From Raillietiella orientalis (Eukaryota), in contig JAYWIR010000050.1 of the NCBI GenBank assembly GCA_036172245.1, forward strand, positions 1 to 64,000: a DNA stretch of 64,000 nucleotides. The letters are read 5' to 3'. This document shows, piece by piece, positions 1 to 11,239 of the stretch. The notes beneath the pieces were generated by a model that searched no databases, was not told the origin of the DNA, and was given only the letters and a program-made list of their open reading frames with translations. Within the stretch, counting starts at the first letter, position 1. Every line of letters begins with the position of its first letter. The translations under genes were made by a program, and so were the position numbers.

Positions 1-36
1 TTAAAAAGAAACGCCCCGGGCGTACCCGGATTTAAA

Positions 37-1876
37 CCTCCAAGGCTGGCAAGAAGGCCGTAAGGCGTCCGGCCTCCCCTCAGGAGTCCCCCACTTCCGA
101 CCCCGAGGTGAAGGTCCGAAGAGTAGCCTCCGTTTCCACGGCACCGCGCAAGAAGGCTGGACGTAAGTCCACGAAGCCAAGGAAGCTCGTCTCCCCCGTC
201 GAAGGGGAAGAGAAGGCTTCCGCAAGCGAGGGTGCCATGAGCGTGGGAAACTCTCGGGATCCGTCGCTCGAGAGACTCCCACGCACGGACACGTACGGGA
301 TGGAGAGGGTGGAGGCCAAACAGGTGCCTCAGGTGCCTGAGAAGGACGAAACCCCCATGAACATCCCTCCCGCCTCGCAAGAGGAGGGCTCCCCCACAAC
401 TTAATCTTCCCAGCAGTAATGCCGGTAATCTCCTCCCGCCGTCGTCTGCGCATCGCCGTTTGGAACGTGAACGGCATGACAGACGCCGGCAGGAGACGAG
501 ACATGGCCGCCCTTCTGGAGTCCTACGACCTTGCGCTGCTGCAGGAGATCCACGTGATCTCTGCAGAACAAGCGCAAGAAATCGAACGGATCTCCGGAGG
601 GCGGCTATGGTACAGGTGTGGGAGAGCGAAAAGTTGCGGTGTCGCCTACCTGCTTCGGCCAGCCGTCGAGGCCGCGGCTCGGGGCGTGCGGTTCGACGAT
701 CACGGTCGTGTCGCCCAGCTGACACTCAGGTGGTCCGACTCGATCGATCTGATCGTCACGAACGTGTACGCACCGAGTGGCGCGGACCTGATGAACAGGA
801 GGGCGAGGAAAGAGTTTTTCCTTGCCCTCCGGCGAGACTCGCTGACCGAAGCAGGCGTGCGGAATGCCCATCTGGTTGCAGGCGATTTCAACGTTCGCCT
901 GGAACCAGATGGGCTGAACCCCGAGCGTGACCTGGTCAACGAGGTGTGCATGGCGGTGCACACCTGTAATTTGTTGGCCAGTGCACCGAAGATGGAAGAC
1001 AGCATTGACCACGTGTTTCTTGACGAACATCTGTGCCCTCGCTTGGGCAGGCGCGGCAAGTTACCGTGCGAGCTGTCCGACCATCCCCCGCTAGTCCTCG
1101 AGATCCATCCGCGCGACAAAGGCCCCCCCTCGTCAGCGTGGCGTCTCCCAAGGGACTGACTGAAGCCCCTGGACGCGGCGGAAAATCTCCGCACGTTCAT
1201 ACAGAGCCTCAGGCTGCGGACACTCCAGGATTGGGACCGCTTCAAGCGGTCGGTTTAGGAGTTCTGCAACCAGTTCCCTCTGCACCGCCTACCTACGGGT
1301 TTTGGGACCGGGGTCCGTAACGAACGAGTTTACCTGCAGGCCCGTCGTTACGCCAGGACCCCCGACATCCGCAGGCTGGCGGAATACAAAGCGGGAACCG
1401 AGAGGCAAGCCTGGCAGTCCGGATTGGCCAGCTTACTAGACGATCAGGGCCAGAAGCACTCGGCACCTGCCACAATCCGCGGCCTGCTGCGGAGTTACTA
1501 CTCCTCCCTGTATGCCAGGGCACCTCCGGAGAGGAACGTCTCACGACTCCTGCTTCCGGAAGGCGCTCCAGCGATCGGGGAGGAGCAGAGAAAGACCATC
1601 GACGAGCCTTTCACGATGGACGAGATCCTCTCGGCCATAGGAAAGCTCAAGAGGGGCAAGGCTCCACGGGAGGACGGCCTGCCCGCGGTGTTTTACCAAA
1701 CTTTCGCTGCTGAGCTTACCCCCTTGGTACATCAACTCACCTGATACGCGAGACAGGTGACGTTCCCGCCTCGTTTCGTTCGGCAAAGGTTCGTCCCCTC
1801 CCTAATGGAGAAGATCTGAGGAGCATGAACAACTGGCGTCCCATCACAATAGTGAATGCGGACGCCAAGTTGCTGG
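37..1876 (+). mobile_element. L1/Tx1-like non-LTR retrotransposon, family A, internal fragment (ORF1 C-terminus, APE endonuclease, start of RT)
   Basis: ORF 419-1159 has APE motifs WNVNG, LQE, NVYAP, GDFN, IDH and SDH. Downstream are KAP-EDGLP and NWRPITIVNADAKLL (RT N-terminal motifs). Internal stops at 1157-1159 and ~1256. Confidence 0.92.
419..1876 (+). pseudogene. ORF2 N-terminal part (APE endonuclease to RT motif 2), disrupted and truncated
   Basis: ATG at 419, EN motifs present, nonsense codons and a frameshift, ends at an insertion junction. Confidence 0.9.
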
Positions 1877-3966
1877 TTGCCACCCGCTCACGCAGGGGCG
1901 TTTATTACAAATTCTCTATGATTCGTGGTACAAGATTCCACTACGGTCAACTCAACTGGACCTGCCGGGTCGCCGGTACGAAGACCGGCGCGAGTCTCCT
2001 CGGCAGCGGAAGGGGGTGGGGGAAAAAACAAAAAGAAAAATAAAACATAAAAAACAAAAAGATTTGGGAGGGTTGGGGGGGATCACTGACCACTGTGAGG
2101 AGGGTCCATCCTTTGCAGGATACCCTCGAGGTCTGTATGGTTCTCAGGTGGGGCCAGTCTGGTCGCAATCCGCAGGTAGCGGACTGCAAGTACGACGGCA
2201 TCCCTGTCGTGGCTGGGTCTTCTGACGTCGCTCCAGCACGTCACAATGCCGCGCGCGCAGCAAAGTGCAGCCAGGGCAGCGGCTGGAGGCAGGGCATCCT
2301 GCACGATCAGAAGCCGAAAAACGTCTCGGGGCTGGCTGCCCTCCTGGATCCGTAGGGAGGCACTAAGACGTTCCCACAGAGGTCGGAGGGCAGCACAATC
2401 AACAAGGAGGTGGGGTAGGGTTTCTCGTTCCCCACACCTGATGCAGGTAGGAGTTACTTGACCCCTGGTCCAGTGGTAACGGCATGCGTTGCAGGGTGGA
2501 CCCCAATGCAACAACAGAAGCGCCGACTCCTGCCACTTCAGGGGGAGGATCCTAGAACCGATTGATACCGGGGGCCACTTCAGATCATCCGGCTGGACGC
2601 CGAGTAGCTCGCTCGATCTCTGAAGTCCTCTCGGCTGGACACTAGGGGTAGTGGCGTCCGCAAGTTCCCCCGTGGACCAGCCGCTCATCAACTTCTCTTT
2701 GCCTGCGATGCAACAGGACACTTGCCACCTAGGCTTGCGGCTGCTGGAGAGCGCCCTCCTGAGATAGTGCATCGCCGTAGCTAGAGGGGTTGTCTCTGCC
2801 CACGTGCTTCTCGCGAGACACTGGAGAATCTTCCGCAGAGTGCAGCGGGAACAGGCGCCGCGTCGCAGGCAGTTCCACATCTGTCCGTTCTTCCGGTTTA
2901 TCTTCGACCACGTGCCAGCTGTCTCCTCCAGCCATGCGGAGGAGTTGGCAGTGCTGCATACCATCCAGCCGTTTTCCTTAACCAGAGTTGCCATTCGTCC
3001 CAGGAGAAGTCTGCATCTCTTGATCTTCCTGCTACGGCACAGAAGATAGGACGCGAGAACCTCCGTCCCGGATACACGGCTGGCAAGGAGTCGGGCCGGA
3101 ACGCACCAAGGGGTGCTCCATAACTTCGCTGCGATGGCGAGGTTTCGCCACCGCATCTGAATCTCTACTCGTTCCGTCATCAAGAGGCCAAGACCGCCAT
3201 CGCGACGTGGAGCACACTTGTCCTTCAACGGGACTCGTGGTCTCCCTCTTCCCCAAAGGGCAATTCTCTGGAGGTCCTTCGTCCGTTTCTTCATCTCTCT
3301 GGGGACGGGGCAAACAAAAAGTAGGGGGCGGAGGATAGGAGCCGCAAATGCGTTCCATACCGCGGCCCGTTCCGAAAGGAGAAACTTGTCTTCCAGGAAC
3401 GGGCCGATCGCCGTTTCCACTTTTTGGAGGCAGCCGGACCACGCTTTCGCAGGGGAGTAGTCCCCCAACGGCACATCAAGCTACTTCAAGCACCTCGCCG
3501 TGGGGATCTTAAAGCGGACCAAGTCCTGCTGCCCAGCATACGTCGCAATGACTGGAACCACCGTCGACTTAGCCCTGTTCACCGTAAGTTCGGTCCCGCA
3601 GGTAAGTAGATCGAAGAAATCCCCGACCGTCTTTGCCGGGGTGGACATCGGCAAAAGAAGCAGAAGATCGTCGGCTTACGCTGCTACGGCGAGCGTGCCG
3701 GGGCACGAGCTCGGCAAGGGGTCCAAGGTCACCCTGGACGCTCTCCGCATCAACTCAAAGTAGGTGCTAAAGAGCAGGGGACTAAGGCTGTCGCCCTGCA
3801 GCATGCCCCGACGTACAGGCACGCCGTACGCCATTTGACCTCTGAAAGAGATATTGATCAGCGCGCTGCGCCAGCAAGAGCGTAGGTAGGTCAGTAGGGA
3901 TGGAGGGAAGCCCATTCGTTCCAGGAACTCAAGCAGGAGATCCTAGTCCACGCAGTCAAACGCCTT
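1877..3966 (-). mobile_element. Non-LTR retrotransposon 3' half (RT from the RKAFD motif, zf-RVT-like finger, structured 3'UTR), probably family A
   Basis: RRGMLQGDSLSPLLF; ADD motif with a frameshift; RRDGGLGL; CIRCGERETLPHLLVDC in ORF 2083-3474; AATAAA on the minus strand at 1901-1906. Confidence 0.92.
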
Positions 3967-6212
3967 GCGCGCTCCAGGGTGTACGTGTTTTCTAGGTGCT
4001 CCTCCTGCCAGGAAGTCTCCCCCAGTGCAAGCGTCGTGTGGTTCGGTGGTCGATCAGGCAGCGATGCCTGACGCGACCATTAGGGATGGCCAGGGCGCAG
4101 CGGCAACGTCGCCCCCAGAGGCGATGGAGGTGGGGGCATCCGCCCCCACAGAATCGGTCCCCGCTGCAGCGCGGGCGTGGAGCGCCGTTGTGTCGGCGCC
4201 ATCGCCTGCAGCCGCGGCGGAACTGTCGGCCTATGTGGAGGAGGGGTACAACCCCTCATTGTTTTACAAGGTAGGCAATTTATATTCTTTAGAGAGCGCG
4301 CGCACCTTCTCGGAGGGCATGCGCGCTCTCGATGTGAAAGAGGAGGAGCTTACCGCTATGATTATCCGCAGCGGGGGTCAGTACGTTGAGGTCATCTGCA
4401 AACATGCAGAGCTGGCCCAACGACTGCTTAAAACCCCCGTTGTTATGGGGACCCGCAGGCTTCTCCCCACTACGGCGGACCGTAGCATGGTGGTCCACCT
4501 TTTAGGCGTGACCGCGCGAATGCGCAAAGAACAGATTCACGCCGCTTTGGAACAGTTTGGAACGGTCCACGCGCAGTGGACGAAAGTTAGTCCTTTCGAG
4601 GACTACATGGGGCTTTAACACGGCCTCACGGCTGCGCGCGAGACCATTCGGGAGGGCTGCACTCTTCCCCACAAACTGGTGGTCGAAGGCGAAACCGTCG
4701 ACCTCTGGTATGTGGGGAAGCCGAAATACTGTGGCTTCTGCAATACGTCGGGCCACCTCAAAAAGAGGTGTCCCAATGTGCAGTGCCAAGTATGCGGCAC
4801 AATGGGCCACACGAGGGAGGTGTGCCCAAAAGCAGCAGTGCGGGTGGTTTCCAAGAGAAACCTTAAAAAACGCGCCCGGCTTCTGCAGAAAAGGCTGGCG
4901 GCGAAAGCTGCCGCGAAGGCTGTGCCACCTGCGCCCAAGACCCAGGCCGCACCCGAGACCCCGGCGACCAACGCCGAAAAAGTTGATGGAGCCGGCCAGG
5001 AGACTGGGTGCCAAGTGGCAACGACCAAAAATTCAAAGAAGGAGAGGAGGATGGAAAAGAAAATCGCCTACCAACAGAAGAAGAAAGAGCAGGGTAGCGC
5101 GATAATTAAAGAGTGCAGCGTCGTTGTCGAACGCGTTCTCGATGTTGCCGAACGCTGCCGGAAAGAACTCGCCGCTACCGACGACCTCCCCTCTGTTGAC
5201 ACTGTCAACAGCGAGGGGAGCGAGCCGACGGCGGCGTCCGTCATCGACACCACCATCGATGACGTAGCCTTCGCGCGAGCCGCGGAGGAGCTGGCAGCCT
5301 CGTTGCAGCCAGAACCCTCCAAGGCTGTTAAGAAGGCCGTAAGGCGTCCGGCCTCCCCTCAGGAGTCCCCCACTTCCGACCCCGAGGTGGAGGTCGGAAG
5401 CGCAGCCTCCGTTTCCACGGCACCGCGCAAGAACGCTGGACGTAAGTCCACGAAGCCAAGGAAGCTCGTCTCCCCCGTCGAAGGGGAAGAGAAGGCTTCC
5501 GCAAGCGAGGGTGCCATGAGCGTGGGAAACTCTCGGGACCCGTCGCTCGAGAGACTCCCACGCACGGACACGGACGGGATGGAGAGGGTGGAGGCCGAAC
5601 AGGTGCCTCAGGTGCCTGAGAAGGACGAAACCCCCATGGACATCCCTCCCGCCTCGCAAGAGGAGGGCTCCCCCACACTTTAATCTTCCCAGCAGTAATG
5701 CCGGGAATCTCCTCCCGCCGTCGTCTGCGTATCGCCGTTTGGAACGTGAACGGCATGACAGACGCCGGCAGGAGACGAGACATGGCCGCCCTTCTGGAGT
5801 CCTACGACCTTGCGCTGCTGCAGGAGATCCACGTGATCTCTGCAGAACAAGCGCAAGAGATCGAACGGATCTCCGGGGGGCGGCTATAGTACAGGTGTGG
5901 GAGAGCGAAAAGTTGCGGTGTCGCCTACCTGCTTCGGCCAGCCGTCGAGGCCGCGGCTCGGGGCGTGCGGTTCGACGATCACGGTCGTGTCGGCCAGCTG
6001 ACTCTCAGGTGGTCCGACTCGAGCGACCTGATCGTCACGAACGTGTACGCACCGAGCGGCGCGGACCTGATGAACAGGAGGGCGAGGAAAGAGTTTTTCC
6101 TTGCCCTCCGGCGAGACTGGCTGACCGAAGCAGGCGAGCGGAATGCCCATCTGGCTGCAGGCGATTTCAACGTTCGCCTGAAACCAGATGGGCTTAATCC
6201 CGAGCGTGACCT
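3967..6212 (+). mobile_element. Family A 5' part: 5'UTR, ORF1 and partial APE endonuclease
   Basis: ORF1 with two CCHC knuckles, then ORF2 starting MPGISSRRRLRIAVWNVNG. Near-identical to 37-930 over the shared stretch. Confidence 0.92.
4064..5683 (+). pseudogene. ORF1 gag-like nucleic-acid-binding protein (two CCHC zinc knuckles), one internal stop
   Basis: CGFCNTSGHLKKRC and CQVCGTMGHTREVC. TAA at 4616-4618 where the 13.4-14.7 kb copy encodes Gln. Confidence 0.88.
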
Positions 6213-6560
6213 TTCAATCCCGGCGAGAATTTCTTCGGTGGTAAAAGGCTAGTCGAGGCTTTCCTTCTCCTCCTTCCCTATTGCCGGGGCACCCTCCGGA
6301 AGCAAGCGCCGAGAGACATCTTGGTCTCGAGGCGCCCTGGCGTAAAGGAAGGAATAATAACGCCGCACGAGGTGCCGTATTCTAGCCGGAGCCGAGTTCT
6401 CTTGGCCTTGGTCGTCCAGCAAGCTTGCCGACCCGGATTGCTAGGCTTGACGTTCGACCTTGTCTGGGTACTCTGCCAGGCGACCGACGGTCGGGTCCTT
6501 GCGTAACGGCGGCCATACAAGTACACCCGTTCGTTACGGACCCCGTCTCTGAATCCGGAA
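6213..6560 (-). mobile_element. ORF2 fragment (EN-RT linker) of a related family
   Basis: GVRNERVYLYGRRYART...AWQS and RAPRDQDVSRRLLPEGAPAIGKEE are homologous to the family A linker. Confidence 0.75.
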
Positions 6561-7010
6561 TTTCCACCCGGGTATGACCGGGGCGTTTATGAAAAAATAA
6601 AACTCTACAAGACGTGGTACGAGGCCCTACTAACGGCCTAACTACACCGGACCTGCCTGGACGACGGGACGCAGCCCTCCGTGACTCTCCTCGGTAGTGG
6701 AGAAGAATGTGGGAGAAAACAAAAAATAAAATAAAAACAACGCAAAAACAAAAAGTCTTTCGAGGGAGGGTAAGGGATCGCATTTCACTGGGAGGAAGGT
6801 CTAACCTTCGCAGGATTCCCTTGTAGTCCATTAGCATTGAACCCAGCTGGAACCATCCTGTAGCTCCCCGTATATTGCAGACCGCATAAGGGATGACATC
6901 TCTCTCGATAGCGTCCAATCCTCCGTCGCATGCATCGCTCCAGGCCGCCACGATGCCTCGTATAAAGCACAATGCTGCCAAGGCTGCGGCTGGCTGCAGG
7001 GCGTCACGCA
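6561..7010 (-). mobile_element. Family B 3' end (ORF2 C-terminus and 3'UTR)
   Basis: DALQPAAALAALCFIRGIVAAWSDA C-terminal block, plus the conserved 3'UTR and terminal motif at 6561-6712. Confidence 0.8.
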
Positions 7011-7024
7011 GCCGTAGTAGTCGT

Positions 7025-8006
7025 GGCAGTTACAAGCTGACCCACCCGTCCGTATTCATCAAAGCGAACACCACGCACCGCTTCCGCGATTTTTCCTCTT
7101 ACGAGGAACGCGACGCCGCACGTTCGCGCGTCGCCGCACCGCCAAAGTAGCTTTCTGCCTGCGCGATTCTCGACTTCCGCAGCCTGCTCGTCGGAGATTA
7201 CGTGAATCTCCTGCAGGAGCGCGAGGTCGAAGGGGCGCAGGGCGTTGGCTACCAGTCGTCTCTTTTCGTCGTTCTGCAGTCCGTTCACGTTCCAACACGC
7301 AACGGACAGGCGACGACAAGAAGATATTCTCCGCATTACTGCTGGGAAGTTGGCGGCATTTTGCCCGCTTTTACCGGCGAGCGGACGGTAAGCAGCACTG
7401 CTGGCTGGAGATCACGGTCGCCACCGTCCTTCCTGGTGCTGCACTAATTCGAGTGCTCGTCTCCGGGTAGCGTCGTTTGATGGTCCGGGGTGAGCTCTTG
7501 CTCCTTCGCGGCCGGCGCTGCGCGCCTCAGGGCCTTAGCCCGGCGCGCTACGGCTTGCTGAGCGGGTGATCCGACGTGCGGCGGTGATCTCAGACTCCAT
7601 TTCTCAGTCTGACTGAAGCGCGGTCGCTTCACGACTCACCTGTCGTGTCGATTCGGAGATGCACGCGGATAAGATCGCGGATACTTCCTTTTTGGAGATC
7701 ACCGGAACATCGTTCCTGGCGATCACAGCTTTCGCGCTATGCGCGACTGCGGCGGTAGCCTTCCCATCGGCATAGGGAATTTTCGAGCGAGTCTTCTTCA
7801 GCGGGCTACTGTTTCTTACCTTGAAGAGGCTCTTGCAGTTAGGTTGCGGAGAATTTTGGGGAGATTTTGCTTTTCTCCCTTTCTCCACAACCTTCCACCC
7901 ACCTTCCATTCCCTCGGAACACTCCTCTACTTTCGTGAGAGACGCCTGCGGGCTTTCCTCCCCAACCGCCTGGGGCGCAGCTTTCGCAGCAGCCTTAATA
8001 GGCGGC
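7025..8006 (-). mobile_element. Family D fragment: ORF1 C-terminus and start of APE endonuclease
   Basis: ORF2 ATG at 7336 reads MRRISSCRRLSVACWNVNG...LQEIH. The ORF1 tail is homologous to 26250-26915. Confidence 0.85.
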
Positions 8007-11000
8007 GTTTCCACCTGGGTACGCTCGGGGCGTTTATTTATAAACTCACCAATGCGTGGTACAAGGTCCCACCACATCCATGGACACAACGACCTGTAGG
8101 GACACCGGGACGCAGCCCGGTGTGGCACTCCCCGACAGCGAAAGGGGATGGGGGAAAAACAAAAAGAAGAATAAAAGAGATAAACAAACAAACAAAGTTT
8201 GGAGGGTAGGGAAGGGATCATCGGATGCTGTGAGGAGGGCCCATCCGTCGAAGGAAGCCCTCGAGGTCTGTCCGCATACTTCCCAGATGGGGCCATCGGG
8301 CAGCTCTCTGCAAGAAGCGTACTGCGTGCTGGATGATCTCTCTCTCTCTCGTTCCAATCTTCATCTTTGCTGCTGGCATCGCTCCAAGCCGCCACGATGC
8401 CTCGAACGAAGTACAGGACTGCGAGGGCTGCTGCTGGCTGCAGGGCGTCCCGCACAAAGAGAAGGCGCAAAACGTCTCTGGGTGCACTGCCCGTAGGGAG
8501 CCCAAGGGTCGTCCCGAACCGTTCTAAACGGGTCGGAAAGCATCACAATCAAATAAAAGGTGGGGAAGCGATTTCTGCTCCCCACACCTGGCACACGCAG
8601 GATCCACAACTCCCATCGTCCAATGGAAGCGGCGTGCGCTGCAGGGTAGACCCCAGTGCAACAGAAGCAACGCCGACTCTTGCACTTAAGGCTCAGGATC
8701 CTGGATTCCTTCATTACTGAAGGCCACTTGCGCTCATACCTGGGGATGGCGAGCAGCTCGCCCCATCTAAAGATTCCACGCGTCTGGACGCTCGGGGTCG
8801 TGGCGTCCGCCAGTTGACCCATGGTCCAGCCGCTCATCTTCTTCTCCCGTCCCTCGATGCAGCAGGAGACTTTCCACCTCGGCGTCCGGCTGCTGTGAAG
8901 TGCCCTCCTCAGGAAGGGCAGCGGCTTAGCTAAGCAGGTCGTCTCTACCCACGTGCATTTTGCTGGACTATCCAGGAGATTCCGCAGCGTTCAGCGGGCG
9001 TAGGGGCTGCATCGGAGACGATTCCACGTTTCGTGGCTCCTCTGGTTTACCGCTGCCCACGTTCCAATATTCTCCTCCAGCCAGGCGGGGGAGTTGGCGG
9101 GGCAGCAAACCATCCAGCTGTTCTCCTTGGCCAATGTTGCCATGCGCCCGAGCAGTAGGCCGCATCTTCGGATCTTCCTGCCGGGGCACAGAAGAAAAGA
9201 CGAGAGTCCCTTGCACCGGGACACACAGCTGGCAAAGAGGCGTGACGCAATGCAACATAGGGTGCTCCATAGCTTCGCTGCGATGGCCATGGTGCGTCAT
9301 CGCAGCTGTATGTTTAGGCGCTCCAGCGTCAGGAGGCCAAGACCACCGTCTCGACGCGGAGCGCATAAGTCATTTAAAGGCTCACGTGGCCTCCCGCTGC
9401 CCCAGAGAGCGATGCAGAAAAGGTCTTTGGTCCTCTTATTCAAATCACGGGGGACGGAGCAAACAAAAAGCAGGGGGCGGAGGATGGGAGCCGCGAACGC
9501 GTTCCACACCGCAGCCCGTTCCGGTAGAAGAAACTTGTTTTCCAAGAACGGGCCGATTGCCAAGTCTCCTTTTGGAGATGACCTGACCAGGCTTCAGCGA
9601 GACAGAAGTCCCCCAATGGGACACCCAGGTACTTCAGGCACCTGGCCGCGAGGATCCCCAAGCGGATCCAGTCAGGCCGTCCAGCCCACGTCGCCCCCAT
9701 CGGTACCACCGACGACTTCGCGTTGTTCACCCGCAATCCAGTCCCACGGCTTAGCAGGTCGAAGAAGTCCTTGACTGCGGCTGTCGAAGCGGACATGGGC
9801 AACATCAGCAGAAGATCGTCGGCGTATGCTGCAATGGCGAGCGTACCGAGGCACCAGCTAGGCAAGGCAGCCAAGATTGCCCTGTACGCTCTAAGCACCA
9901 GCTCAAAGTAGGTGCTAAAGAGCAGGGGACTGGAGCTATAGCCCTGCCGTATGCCTCGTCGCACCAACGCGCCATACACCTGTTGACCTGGAAAACTGAT
10001 ATTAACAATGGCGTTGCACCAGCAGGAGCAAAAGTAGGAGAGAAGGGAGGGTGGGAAGCCCATGCGACCAAGGAGCTCCAACAGTAGCTCCTGGTCCACC
10101 CAGTCGAACGCCGTTTGCAGATCGACCGCGATCGCTAGGGCGCCCTTCCCAGCCCCGGTATTCATTCCCAGCCCAGCTGGCGGACCCAAAGTTGAGCTGC
10201 CAATCTTGGCCCCGGTTTCGTTCGGACAACGCTGCGCATGGAACCATATGCTCGCGAAGAACAGGTTGGCATCCATACTACGCCCGGGAACAGCATATGT
10301 CTGTTCCGTGCTAATTATGGAGACTGACACCTGTCCTAAACGCGAAGCCCACAGCACAGCAATTAGCTTGGCGTGCGTATTCACAATTGTGATGGGACGC
10401 CAATTGCTGAGTTGTCTTAGCTCTCCTCCCTTTGGGAGGAGCCTCAGTTGGGCTCACCGAAACGAGGCGCGAACTTTGCCTTCGTCGCGGATCAGCACGG
10501 TCAACTGAAGCACCAAGGGGGCAAGCTCTGTGGCGAAGCATTGAAAAAACTCCGCGGATAGGCCGTCCTCCTTCGGCGCCTTACGACTCTTGAGCCTTTT
10601 AATACCGGTAAGAATTTCGCCGGTTGTAAAAGGTTCGTCGAGGATAATCAACTCTTCCTCCCCTATTGCCGGGGCTTCGTCCGAAAGCAGGAGCCGCTTG
10701 GCAACCCTCTGTGGGGGTGCCCTGGCGTGGATGGAGCAATGAAATTGCCGTACGAGGTGCCTGATCACGTGTTGGGCCGCGCGCTCCCGACCCTCGTCGT
10801 CCAGCAAGCTGACTGACCCAGATTGCCAGGCTTGGCGCTCGGCCCCGGCTCGGTATTCAGCCAGGCGACGGACGTTGGGGGTTCTATCGTACCGGTGGGC
10901 CTGTAAATAAGCTGTATGCTTGCGACCTTCTTTCCCAAATCCGAGGGGCAGACAGTGCAAGGGGAACTCCTCGCAGAACTCCCAAACCGAGGCCTTAAAT

Positions 11001-11150
11001 AGGTCCCAGTCGGCGAGATTCCAGAGGTTGACGCCTTTCAGGAATTGACGAAGGTGTTCTTTCGCAACTGGAAGTCGCATCCAGTCCCCAGAAAGCCGCC
11101 ACGTCCTGGACGGGGGTCCCTTGTCGCGCGGGCATACCTCGAAGGAATGG
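8007..11150 (-). mobile_element. Family C, 5'-truncated and decayed ORF2 (end of EN, RT, zinc finger, 3'UTR)
   Basis: KAPKEDGL, WRPI, DLQTAFD, RQG..SPLLF, YADDLLL, KYLG, RRDGGLGL, followed by the 3'UTR structure and terminal motif. Confidence 0.9.
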
Positions 11151-11239
11151 TCAGACCTAACCTGGAATGGACGACAGCGTCGACGAAGCGCCAGCAGGAG
11201 AGCAGGTACACCAGGAAGATGGACAGAAATACCAAGCGT

